The position numbers and the translations under genes are program-made. A DNA stretch of 63,502 bases, counting the filler, from Atractiella rhizophila (lineage: Eukaryota), in the NCBI GenBank assembly GCA_021432655.1. It is 3 parts of 3 records of this genome, joined end to end, with 100 filler letters (N's around TTAATTAATTAA, not from the genome) between each part and the next. Parts side by side here need not be neighbours in the genome. Positions count along the whole stretch, not along the records: positions 1 to 24,964 come from MU271782.1; positions 25,065 to 49,907 come from MU271783.1; 1 more part is not named here. One strand, written 5' to 3'. How positions within the stretch are numbered: the first letter of the stretch is position 1; the number at the start of each line of letters is the position of its first letter. Below are positions 24,901 through 36,531 of this stretch, one piece after another. Under the pieces are notes generated by a model. The model was not told the DNA's origin, did no database searches, and saw only the letters and a program-made list of their open reading frames with translations.

Positions 24901-24964
24901 GTCGTGCAATGTTATTGTATAGAGGTGACAGACCTTTCTGAGCTGTTCCAGAGAAAGTTTGCTG
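18262..24964 (-). CDS. TRA1: Tra1/TRRAP (SAGA/NuA4 PIKK-family scaffold), HEAT-solenoid portion only. 5' end lost at the linker; ends at the HEAT/FAT boundary
   Basis: LLRSLFRSIGGGKFESLYRE, LTVPVRLNVLLPYLSWLMKPLV, QGLRTLDLCVDNLT, KPLRALAFPMQIGHIDAITY, KLPKDLLQNALRPVL, YFKVEIGQKLLDH, YRTELTVRLEPAFLVG, QNWEPLADTNWL. Introns near 24272-24322, 23007-23053 and 18304-18349. The last exon is VDYTLGSLQRRSR-TAA. Confidence 0.93.
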
Positions 24965-25064
24965 NNNNNNNNNNNNNNNNNNNNNNNNNNNNNNNNNNNN
25001 NNNNNNNNTTAATTAATTAANNNNNNNNNNNNNNNNNNNNNNNNNNNNNNNNNNNNNNNNNNNN
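24965..25064. other. Artificial 100-nt scaffold linker (44N + TTAATTAATTAA + 44N)
   Basis: The 12-mer has stops in all six frames. An identical construct lies at 49908-50007. Confidence 0.97.
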
Positions 25065-27666
25065 GGCTCATCAAGATGGAGCAAACCGTCGCTGATCCCG
25101 AAGCGCGTGGAGTCGTCAACAAGGCTATCAAGACTCTGCAAGGTGTAGGAAAGGTTTCCGGTGATGGATCCGACCTCCCTCCCCCGAAGGTAACGAAGGC
25201 GGAGGACTCGCTTCCCAAAGTCAATGCTGCTCTCAAGAAGCACGCCGCTTCCGCAGCCACGGATGCCAATGCTAGTCTGATCAGGTACATCGCTCAAATC
25301 GTCGCTAACCTTGTCAACGCAAGGAACCTCGAGCTCGTGGAGTGGAACAGCGCTTTGACCGCTTATGTTAACCTGATGGCTCCCGAAGCTGCCTCCCATG
25401 CAACAGTTAAGGAGGTTTTGGAGAAGTCTGCTGGAGCAGATGACGAAATTTTAGCTTTTGATGACGAAGAGGAGGGTGAAGACCTTTGCAACTGCACTTT
25501 CTCTCTGGCCTAGTGCGTCTCTCCTTGCTTCTTTTAGTTTCGAGTCTGATAGTTGCTGGGCGAACAGTGGTGCCAAAATTTTGTTGAACACCGCGACGAT
25601 GAGATTGAAGAGAGGACACCGATACGGTCTCGTTGGCCGAAACGGTTCCGGGAAATCCACTTTGATGAGGTCCATCCAACAAGGACAAGTCAATGGTTTC
25701 CCCAGCCCTGACGAAGTCAGGACTTTTTACGTTGAACATGACATTGGTATGCTTTTGCTGCATCTATAGTGAGATCACGTGTTGATTTTGTTCCAGATGG
25801 ATCTGAGGAAGATACTACTATTCTTCAATTCATCCTTTCCGATAAACGTCTTGGCGCGAGCGAAGAAGAGGCGAAGGCTTCTCTTGCCTCTGTCGGCTTC
25901 ACCGCTGAGCGCCAAGAGCAATCGATTGGCAGTCTTTCTGGAGGTTGGAAGATGAAGTTGGCTTTGGCTCGTGCTATGCTGTTCAAGGCCGACATCCTCT
26001 TGCTCGATGAACCTACCAACCACTTGGACGTCCTCAACGTCAAGTGGCTCGAAGACTACCTCCGATCTCTTACTACTTGCACTTCCATTATCGTCTCTCA
26101 CGACTCGTCCTTCCTTAACAACGTTGTTTCCGACATCCTCTACCTTAACAGGTTCAAGCTCAAGCGATACCCCGGAAATCTCGATCAATTCGTCAAATAT
26201 GTCCCGGAGGCGAAGGCTTTCTATGAGCTCAACCCTCAAGAGGACTACAACTTCAGGATCCCCAACCCACCTCTTCTCGATGGTGTCAAGACCAAGGAGA
26301 AGTCGATTATGAAGATGAGGAACGTTGGATTCCAGTACCCCGTTTCCAAGGTTCAACAGCTTTACGATATCACCCTTCAAGTTTCTCTCTCCTCCCGTGT
26401 CGCCGTTCTTGGTCCCAATGGTGCCGGAAAGTCTACTCTCGTCAAGCTCCTTGTTGGAGAATTGGAGCCCAACAAGGGTGGTGAGGTTTGGAAGCACCCT
26501 GCTCTCGTCGTCGGCTATGTGTCCCAGCATGCCTGTGAGTTTTGTCACCTTACCCAGTTTTTAACCGTCTGATGTTGGCGTAGTCCACCACATCGACTCT
26601 TGCCTTGATAAGACCCCTCTAGAATACCTCCTTCAACGCTTCGCCACTGGTGAGGACGGTGAAGAGCTCACCAAGACCACTCGAGTCATCACCAAGGAGG
26701 ACGAGGAGAAGATGAAAGCTGGTGCTCTTATCACCATCGAGGGACAGAAGAGAACGATTGATGAGATCATTTCTCGACGCAAGCTCAAGCAATCCTACGA
26801 GTACGAAGTGTCTTTCAAGGGACTGTCCTCATCCGAGAACATTTACCTGCCGCGTGATGATCTTATCAAGCGAGGATTTGAGAAGGCTGTCGCTGCTCTC
26901 GATACCAGGGAGGCTCAGAAACTTGGTCTCACTCGCCCTCTTGTCCGAAAGGAGGTCGAGAAGCACTATGCCGATTTCGGTTTGGAGGCTGAATTCGTTT
27001 CGCATAACACCATGAGGGGTCTCTCTGGTGGTCAGAAGGTGAAGGTCGTCCTTGGTGCCGCTACTTGGCGACGGTATGTTTTGTTTCATTTCACCGCTTT
27101 CAATATACTCATTGTATTCGCATCGTCTTAGACCTCACGTTGTCATCCTCGACGAGCCCACCAATTATCTCGATCGCGAGTCGTTGGCCGCTCTCATTGA
27201 TGGACTGAAGAACTTCGAGGGAGGAGTCCTCATTATCACTCACTCCAAGGAGTTCTCAGAGTCGCTCTGTAACGAAGTATGGGCTATGAAGGACGGTTAC
27301 CTTACTCCTTCTGGTCACAACTGGTTCGTTTATCCCTTCCACAAATATTTTCTGAACTAACATAAATGCGACAGGGTTGAGGGTCAAGGTTCCGGACCTA
27401 GGATCGACCAGAAGGATGGTCCTCAAGAGGATACTTTCGATGCCATGGGTAACAAGGTCGAGAACAAGGCATCGAAGAAGTTGACTTCAAAGGAGGAGAG
27501 GAAGAAGAAGAAGGACAGGATGGCCCGCCGCAAGCGTGGAGAGGAAGTCTTCACAGACGAGGAGATTAAGCTACCAGATTTGCCCTTTCCATTCTTTTCG
27601 CTTTTTTGTTTGTGTTTAGGACTGCTTTTTGTAATCACTTCTGGGCATCTACTGGTACTCCAATAG
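25065..27666 (+). CDS. YEF3: Fungal translation elongation factor 3 (ABC-F ATPase), 5'-truncated, multi-exon; the true stop is probably 27567-27569
   Basis: [72 protein letters not shown], chromodomain insert [37 protein letters not shown], Lys/Arg-rich tail. Confidence 0.96.
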
Positions 27667-27889
27667 ACTACGCTTTCTCCAAACTTGCGAATCTGGCAAA
27701 CAGTACGTAACAATCGAAAGCGGAAAGCATCCACCTAAATGTATAAAAGACAAAGGCCCTTTGAGGCACGTGTAAACAGCGGTCGGGAGTTTGTATATTG
27801 CGTTTCCCCCCTCAGGGCACAAGTAGGTCAAGGCGAATGCTTCCATCGCGAATCGCCAGCTTTTGCAGCCATCAATCGCTTGCCACGAC

Positions 27890-30254
27890 ATGCTCCGGTC
27901 ACATACTTCCCATTCCAATTCTTCTGATCCATCGTCATCATCTGCTCTCTCAAATTTCGCTTTTTCGCCAGACTTCTCGTCCATCGATTCCAGCTCCCTC
28001 CCTCATTCGTTGTCATCCAACGGTTAGCCTTTCTCTTCAATTTTTCATGGTGGAGTGGATCACCCACTCATCGTGAGACGAGAAGGAGCTGTACTGATGA
28101 GGTCGTGTTGGAAGCAGATCAGCGAAGAACAGTCCAAAATCTGAACCATCAAATCGACTCGTTGAACGACGATGCAATCAACGATCCTGCCAATCTCGAG
28201 CTCTCTGACATTCCAAATCGCATCCAAGACTCTTTGAAATCAGTGTCGATATACGTGCATCAATGCAGAAGACTGGGAGCCAGAGTGACGCTCGCTATCG
28301 GGGGCAGCACTGGTGAGATTCTTCCTTCTTCAGTTTTGAACTAGCCTCTGATTTCAGCCGATGGTCAGGGACACACCGCGGGCAGGTTCACACCTAAAGC
28401 TGAGCCTTCGGGTTCAGATCACCTTGCAAGCTTGAAGAGGTTCGTTCAGCCTTTCATTTAGAGCTTCCCACTGCGGAAAATGTGGACGTAACGGCTGATC
28501 TGGATGTGATGTGATAGGATCGCGATCTTTTGCTTGAACCTGATCAGGAGATGCGGTGGAGAGACAGCGGTCCAGTTGATCTTGAACCGTGAGGAGATGA
28601 AGGGGCTGATCAATCGAATGAACGAGGAGCTTATCGCTTGGACTGTCGACAATGGAATGTCTGCCCTTTTCGATTCCTCGACTCTTGCGAAGGAGGACGC
28701 ATCAGATGAAGCGGACGACGATAAGAGTGTGATCGGGCAAATCTTGAGCGAACAAACGAATGTCTTGTCGATGTTGAGCAAGATAGCGAACCAGGTCGAA
28801 GGTGGAGAACGAGAAAGGATGAAGGAGGAACTGGATAGGGAGAGACAGTTCAACGATACGAAGCAGCGCCTGGACGTCATTATTTCGCTCCTTCAACAGC
28901 ATCAGAACACGAACGCTTCGGGATCGACGACTGGTGGAACGGGTTCTCAGAGGGGAAGTCAAGATTTCTACCATATCCAGAGAGCGCTCGATATGATCAG
29001 ACTTGATCATCCTTCCACCGCCTCCTTACCCCCAATACCGATCGGCACTCCTTCTTCTCATCTAGCAGACGTGTCCCCCCCTCTCTCCCTCCCCAGTCGA
29101 GCAAACGTTTCATCCACTTCGCTTAACACCTACTCTTCCTTCGACACTGCGTCAACGGTCATCCCAACTGGAAGCCCCCTCGATTACATGGAATATGGAC
29201 GCTCGAACTCACTCCCTTCCATCCCTACAGGTCTTCGAACTACGACCACTGCAGCTGCAGTGGCAGCTGGAGCACTCCCAATTCCCATCCCATCGCCGTT
29301 ACAAAACTCCACGCTTCCCCGCGCTCCGGACAGCCCATTCCGATCGTCGTATCCAAGCCCCTCGCTCCCATCCCCAACTCGTAGCCGCTCCCTGGCTATC
29401 CGTTACCTCGATCCTGCTACCGGCTTACTTACCGATCTTAACCTGTTCCCCTCTAACTGGCTCTGGAAGTCCCCAGTCCCCGTCGAACACGCCTATACCC
29501 CGTCCGAACAGCCCGTCCAGAAGGATGCTGTCCTTGTCGCGGTTTGTCTTTGGACTCCAAACACGACAGCGCTCGAAAGGGCTCAAAGTTCAGAACAACG
29601 CTTTGTTCCCAGGAGCGAGATGAACTTTCTGTTCCCGAACGTGGGCGGAGAGGTGAAGGTGTTGGCGTTGTTTGAGATTAGGGGAAGGGTTTGGGTTGCG
29701 GGTTTGCATAGGGGAACTCCAGGGCTGATTCCACTCGAGTGTCTCGACGTCGATAGGGACGTCAATTGGTCCTCAAGGAACCTCCCAATTGTCATTGCGC
29801 CAATCCATGAACTAGCGACTTCGATCGTCGCCTTCATCCGCCACTCCAACGTTGGACGATTCAATATCATAGACGGACTTCTCTATAGAGCTTTCATTCG
29901 ATACTTAGAACAAGGGACGTGGCGCTATGTATGATTTTCTTGGCTCTACTCCACCGTTTAGCTGACGACGGTGCTGGATAGCATTTGACGGGCAAACTCT
30001 CGAAGCTCCGCAAAGGTTCTTCTGGACCAGTGACCATCGTGCAGGATGGAGCAGAGAAAACGGTCGCTTTGAAACTACCTACGGTCACGTTCAGGGATGG
30101 AAGTGACCATGAGCTTGCTTTCGATAATGAATTCGCCAGAGACACCTTCTTCGATGAAGTCGTGAAACTCAGTCCCAACCTCGATATCAGTCACGGTGGG
30201 AATGGAACACCCGGAAACATTTCGCCAGTCGTCAGCAGGGCCGGGGTCTTTTGA
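27890..30254 (+). CDS. Orphan protein 1: helical N-terminal domain (MLKL-NTD/HeLo-like?), Ser/Pro-rich linker, SH3-like + PH-like C-terminal module
   Basis: ATG at 27890 and four GT-AG introns join the exons in frame by hand, including ORF 28534-29934 and last exon ~29982-30254. SH3-like VKVLALFE..VWVAGLHRGTPGLIPLECL. Paralogous to 32834-35777. Confidence 0.75.
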
Positions 30255-30679
30255 GGATGGAGGAAATATGGACATGACGAATGAGCGAATTTTCCTTAGA
30301 TTGCAAATGACGGTCACGCAAGTTCGATCGAGATAGGATGCTCTTGCTGCCACCAATGCGACTTTGGGACGTAAATTTCGCTCGATTTCATCATCAACAA
30401 ACGACTACATAGACTCAGTTACTTTCTTGATCTCTTCTTCGTCTTCATTTCTGGATACACACCATACATTAACATCTCTTTTAAGTCTTGAAAGTGCTCG
30501 TGCTCGGAAATCTTTCATGGTCTGGTTCTGGTTAGTCTCGTATGGTAATCTGGCTTGATGTGTCTGGAATCTCTTCTGCTACTCCTCTTCATTGGAATTT
30601 AGCTTCTCTGTTTGGTGGACTGGGACGGAACACGGGCAGTGGTGGGTGACGAGTTTATCTTTCAGTTTATGGATAAGTT

Positions 30680-31050
30680 TTGCCTTCAGGCGTCTTGGTT
30701 GACTATTCCGAAATTAGTTCCAAAAGATTCAAATTTCACTTGATTGCTAACCTCAAACGCATTATTCTTCCTTCCCACCACTCAACACCTAATATCTCTT
30801 TTTACAAATCTCACGTTCATCCTTCAGTCAACAACCCTTAGTCTGCAGCTTGGTGTTTGGGAATCCGACTCTCATGTTTCTTATCACAATACCGCTGATG
30901 ATATGCTCAAGATGTCGAATCTACCTCACTCTGTGCTTCAGCTATGATCTTCATCATATCGGCTTTCCCACATTCCTGCCTCTCGAGAAATGGAGTAAAC
31001 ATGGCCTGGTCTACGTCTGCAAAAGGAAATGATGATTTATTAGCCTTCAG
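30680..31050 (+). pseudogene. Possible decayed non-LTR retrotransposon (zf-RVT-like) 3' fragment
   Basis: WLTIPKLVPKDSNFT*LLTSNALFFLPTTQHL...GVWESDSHV weakly recalls the zf-RVT pattern (W..pk..F.W...Lpt...C..C..E...H), but the cysteines are missing. Confidence 0.25.
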
Positions 31051-33225
31051 AGAGGTTAGTTATTCGTTGGGAACATACATCGCCAGCATCAGACTGCGGT
31101 GGATATCCGAAGAGAGATCGTTAGGATTCGTCACAACCTTTTGGTGGACTTGAAGAGGAGAATTTCGATAGAGTAGAGAATCAGATTGAAGCGGAAGCAG
31201 AAAACTTGAGAAGACTGTGGAGTCAAGAGAGGCAAATCCCAGCCAAATCGTGAAGACGTTCGTAGCTAAGACTAATAAATTGAAACAACACCAAAGAAGC
31301 TCGTCGAAGGCGGGTCACAGAGACAAGTGAGACAGAACTCAGACATAGGTATAAACAATTGAAGGCTACACGTGCGCACGAAGTTCTTCCCTCCTTCCTT
31401 GTTTTATCGATTGATTGACTGACTGAATACGAACTGGGAGTCGCGATACAGAGATGGCTTTTTTCATTTTTTGTTACGTATTTTTATCGAGGGAGGGAAG
31501 CTTGAGGTATAGCGTCAAGGAGCCTTTCGATGTCTTCCTTAATTTGATAACACCTATAACCTTATCAGCCATCTTGCGATTTCGGCACATCTAAAGAAAC
31601 CTTTACGTTATTTCCTCCTGAAAGGCGATTTGGAACACAGTCCTATCATGGTAAATGAGAAGTTTATAAAGATCTCCCACGGGCTTGACTATTCGATTGA
31701 GCATGACCTCGACTCCGAAGTCGCGATAGATTTCCATTCCCGAGATGTTGGCGACAATCATCTACTTAAAACATCAAAAAGGTGACAAACTGAAGACGAG
31801 ACGAACATGGCGCCACGTCCCCTGCTCTTTGAAACGAATCCAATTGCCGTATGCGACTCCAGACACGACGTTGTGAGTCCCTCGATCTCCGCGCCGCAGG
31901 AACCCGATAAAGCTTGAGGCGGTCTCATGAAGCGTACAAGCGGCATTGTCGACAGGAGGTATAGTTCGCGCATTTTGATCGATGAGGCATTTGAATTCTT
32001 CCTTCCCACCACTCAACACCTAATATCTCTTTTTACAAATCTCACGTTCATCCTTCAGTCAACAACCCTTAGTCTGCAGCTTGGTGTTTGGGAATCCGAC
32101 TCTCATGTTTCTTATCACAATACCGCTGATGATATGCTCAAGATGTCGAATCTACCTCACTCTGTGCTTCAGCTATGATCTTCATCATATCGGCTTTCCC
32201 ACATTCCTGCCTCTCGAGAAATGGAGTAAACATGGCCTGGTCTACGTCTGCAAAAGGAAATGATGATTTATTAGCCTTCAGAGAGGTTAGTTATTCGTTG
32301 GGAACATACATCGCCAGCATCAGACTGCGGTGGATATCCGAAGAGAGATCGTTAGGATTCGTCACAACCTTTTGGTGGACTTGAAGAGGAGAATTTCGAT
32401 AGAGTAGAGAATCAGATTGAAGCGGAAGCAGAAAACTTGAGAAGACTGTGGAGTCAAGAGAGGCAAATCCCAGCCAAATCGTGAAGACGTTCGTAGCTAA
32501 GACTAATAAATTGAAACAACACCAAAGAAGCTCGTCGAAGGCGGGTCACAGAGACAAGTGAGACAGAACTCAGACATAGGTATAAACAATTGAAGGCTAC
32601 ACGTGCGCACGAAGTTCTTCCCTCCTTCCTTGTTTTATCGATTGATTGACTGACTGAATACGAACTGGGAGTCGCGATACAGAGATGGCTTTTTTCATTT
32701 TTTGTTACGTATTTTTATCGAGGGAGGGAAGCTTGAGGTATAGCGTCAAGGAGCCTTTCGATGTCTTCCTTAATTTGATAACACCTATAACCTTATCAGC
32801 CATCTTGCGATTTCGGCACATCTAAAGAAACCTTTACGTTATTTCCTCCTGAAAGGCGATTTGGAACACAGTCCTATCATGGTAAATGAGAAGTTTATAA
32901 AGATCTCCCACGGGCTTGACTATTCGATTGAGCATGACCTCGACTCCGAAGTCGCGATAGATTTCCATTCCCGAGATGTTGGCGACAATCATCTACTTAA
33001 AACATCAAAAAGGTGACAAACTGAAGACGAGACGAACATGGCGCCACGTCCCCTGCTCTTTGAAACGAATCCAATTGCCGTATGCGACTCCAGACACGAC
33101 GTTGTGAGTCCCTCGATCTCCGCGCCGCAGGAACCCGATAAAGCTCGAGGCGGTCTCATGAAGCGTACAAGCGGCATTGTCGACAGGAGGCATAGTTCGC
33201 GCATTTTGATCGATGAGGCATTTGA
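30764..33225 (+). repeat. 1231-bp head-to-tail tandem duplication (30764-31994 and 31995-33225)
   Basis: Near-identical copies. I see only two differences, both C>T in copy 1 (aagcttgagg vs aagctcgagg; ggaggtatag vs ggaggcatag). Confidence 0.97.
31603..31994 (-). pseudogene. Duplicated 3' fragment (last two exons, partial) of orphan protein 2
   Basis: KCLIDQNARTIPPVDNAACTLHETASSFIGF..EQGTWRH plus the last exon, created by the 1231-bp duplication. Confidence 0.8.
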
Positions 33226-35777
33226 GCGGAATGAGCCCATTTCCGATATTGCTGGCACCATAGATCCACACCACACCCTTCACGTTCCAAATCGACGAGA
33301 CTACCACAGGCGTCGCGACGGGCACCCTCAAGAACGTGATCCTCGAAGGACGGATATGTCCAGCCTGGACAGCGTCATCGAGTGCAGAATCAGAGGACAT
33401 CCAATCCGCCTTCGCGCAGATCAGCGTCGTTCCTTCCGTTATCCGCGAACCGGAGAGAGATTGGCACTCGGCCAGTTGTTCTGGGATATCCCAGCACCAA
33501 TTTGGAGTGAAAATAGTGGAGACGCTTGAAGCAGGCACTCTTCGGCCCTGGAGGGTAGAATTGGTAGAATTTGCCGAATGGCCTATAGGCGGACGAGAAG
33601 GTCCTGCATGAGTATTCTTCGGATGGGTTGTATCCAAAGGTAGAGTGGGCTGTTTTATGCCTTGAAGTAGTGCAGATGATGGTGGAAGAGGAGAACGATA
33701 GTTTGATGGTTGGCCTGATTCTAATCCTCTTTGTATTTGTAGACCGGTGTGCATGTTGGGACGAGTAGTATTTGGGGGTGGGGGATTAAGGTCCATCCTG
33801 AGCAGCTGCTCTTCGAGACTTTCGTGTTGTCGATAAGAATCCGGCACGGGTCTGTGCGGTAGCAGAGAGCTTGTACTTGCGGTCGATGTTGGATGTTGGG
33901 GATCCATCAATCCCCTACCTCGCCCAAAGGTCTCATGTCCAGGATATTTCAATTGTCCTGGACCGGGTCTGGCGATAGGACGCGGGCCAACATTACTGCT
34001 GGGCAAAGGATCGACACTAGTGGCAAAGCTGAACTTCCTAATGTGGCCCATGCCTGGAACATTGCCACCATCAGATCCACTCGAGTGTGAAGTGAAGTCC
34101 AGAAGAGGAGAACGATAGTTTGATGGTTGGCCTGATTCTAATCCTCTTTGTATTTGTAGACCGGTGTGCATGTTGGGACGAGTAGTATTTGGGGGTGGGG
34201 GATTAAGGTCCATCCTGAGCAGCTGCTCTTCGAGACTTTCGTGTTGTCGATAAGAATCCGGCACGGGTCTGTGCGGTAGCAGAGAGCTTGTACTTGCGGT
34301 CGATGTTGGATGTTGGGGATCCATCAATCCCCTACCTCGCCCAAAGGTCTCATGTCCAGGATATTTCAATTGTCCTGGACCGGGTCTGGCGATAGGACGC
34401 GGGCCAACATTACTGCTGGGCAAAGGATCGACACTAGTCGCAAAGCTGAACTTCCTAATGTGGCCCACGCCTGGAACATTGCCACCATCAGATCCACTCG
34501 AGTGTGAAGTGAAGTCCTGATCTTCCTCCGTTGTCCTCGACTCAGGATCTTGCCAATGTGGGGTCGATATGTGAGAGCGAAGGTCGGAGGGGTCAAATAA
34601 TTCATGCGGAAAGTCTCGAACGTTGTCCAACATTCGAATTGCACGCGAAAAACGGTTCTTTGTTCGATTGAGCTCTTCTGTCGGAGGGAAGGTTCTGTAC
34701 TGTTCGTAGACGGCCTGCACCAAGACCTTCGTCGACGTGAGCTTAACGTTCAGCTCAATGAACTCTGGATCCATGCAACCGTGCTCGTTCAGCTTCCACC
34801 TAAAGGCACCTCGGTTACCTTATGAGAAAGTGGTAGAAAGATTCATACTGGCGGTCTACGATACTCCCTGTAAAACACTATAAATAAAAGCACGGGGAAG
34901 AAGCGAGCAGAGACGAACGGATATGGATGAAAAGGCCTTCAGTCTCCGATGCCAAAGAAATGATATTCGCGACCTCTACGTCGTCGTGGAACGAATTGTC
35001 GGCGTCCTTCCTTTGACACTCCGCTTGCATTAGATGCAGGTTTTGCTGCCAAAAGACATGCAGAATTAGCGTTGGTCATGAACGGGGATAGAGAGCGCGC
35101 ACCCGAACTATGGGCGGAATGTTGGAGCCTGCCCAAAGAAGCAGAGCATCGTTCTCTCTCCTCAAGCGTTCCTTAATCGATGGTTGATCGAGCACAATAT
35201 CAACCACCTCTCTTTGCAAGAGATTGGCTAAGATACGTGACACAGTTGCTGTGATACTTCACAAAGGGAAGATAATCAAGAAGCTCTCAACGTCCGTCCT
35301 ATCGCGAGTTAGCAAAGAGAGGACGTACTTTTTCAACCGATCCAACTGTGTACGGTCCTTCAATGCGCGATTGGCCCAACTGACAACTTTGTCTAACCTC
35401 TCACCCAAACACGCAATAACATTGGCGTTGAAAACGAGCCCTCCACCTTGCGCAGCGGCGATGATATCATGCGTCTCTTGTACTGTAGCCTGTAGGATTT
35501 CATCGAATTCTTGTTGCTCTGCCGCCGACAATCGTCGGTTTAGCTGTGGGTGACCGAAAGCAGCAGCATCATCGTCGCATCCGTCCGCATAACCATCACC
35601 GTCCAAGTCATCGATTTGGTCGTCAAAATGAGGTGAAGTGCGCAGAGCGTTGTAGTAGGCCATTGGAGAGTAGAAAGGAAAAGGAAGAAGTGTCAGTGCG
35701 AACAAGCAAACGAAGGGGACGGGTCGAACGAGCTAGTCGAACGAGAAGAAGAGGAACGTGGGACTCACCATAGACAT
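32834..35777 (-). CDS. Orphan protein 2, paralogue of 27890-30254: helical N-terminal blocks, duplicated 139-aa disordered linker, SH3-like + PH-like module
   Basis: ATGTCTATG|GTGAGT micro first exon. Exons near 34925-35045 and 34848-34868 splice in frame into ORF 33005-34774. Last exon is MIVANISG..FQIAFQEEIT-TAA. Splicing between about 35050 and 35330 is unresolved. Confidence 0.7.
33685..34517 (-). repeat. 417-bp in-frame internal tandem duplication (2 x 139 aa)
   Basis: 33685-34100 matches 34102-34517. The peptide DFTSHSSGSDGGNVPG..SNYRSPL occurs twice almost unchanged. Confidence 0.97.
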
Positions 35778-36531
35778 GGCAGCGTTATCGGAACTTGGGA
35801 CAAGGTGTTGATGGCTCTATTTGAACACTCGAGAGAATTGCTTGACCCTTTTATTCAGTCAAACTTTTACAAGTTTCGACAGCACCATGAGATGAAGAAC
35901 ACAGAAAGAGATCCACACGCACGATGGGCAAAGTTCCCTGATCTGTCCACTGTCCTCGCCCGGACGTTTCTAAAACAAAATCTCACAAATATTTAGCAAA
36001 AATCGAGCGAATAGGCGCTCCGAAGCTTTATCTCTTTCGCGATGTGCTTTCCCAAGGACCGCGTGAGGACGCGTGTCCCTTTCTCGGCTGTTTTCGAGCA
36101 GGCTTTCGAGCAATCGGAAAGAAGCAATAATCAGGATGATTCGGAGCTGATGTTGAAAGGGATGCCGGTCATGTGCGGGCTGATGGAGTACTTTGACACT
36201 TTTGATCCATCGGGGAGTCTCTGTCGCCCAATCTCAGATGGAGGAAGTGGTCACGCTCCCTTAATTTGGGCTTAACCTTGTACTTGTTTCGTTTCTCGTC
36301 AGTTCTCTGGGTAATGCAGCAGAGAAGGGTGTAACCTCGTTTATGACTATTAGCACGATTGACGGGAGTAACTTGAGCGATAGAGTACAGCAGATAAATA
36401 AACTTTGCACAAAAAAAGAAGTTGCAATTTTCACTGATGAAACCCACTCCACAATCCTTGTTGATACAACAATCCTCTTGCGAGACAAAAGCTAAAGCAG
36501 AAATGAAGGTGGTAACTTATGAAATAAAGGC

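Noticed and set aside
25009..25020. TTAATTAATTAA as a biological motif or piggyBac site
   Set aside because: It is centred in a symmetric 100-nt N block and recurs identically at 49952-49963, so it is an artificial linker.
25775..26548. 257-aa antisense ORF
   Set aside because: It is a shadow of the codon-biased eEF3 exon with no recognisable motif. The same applies to most short antisense ORFs over TRA1, the kinase and the USP.
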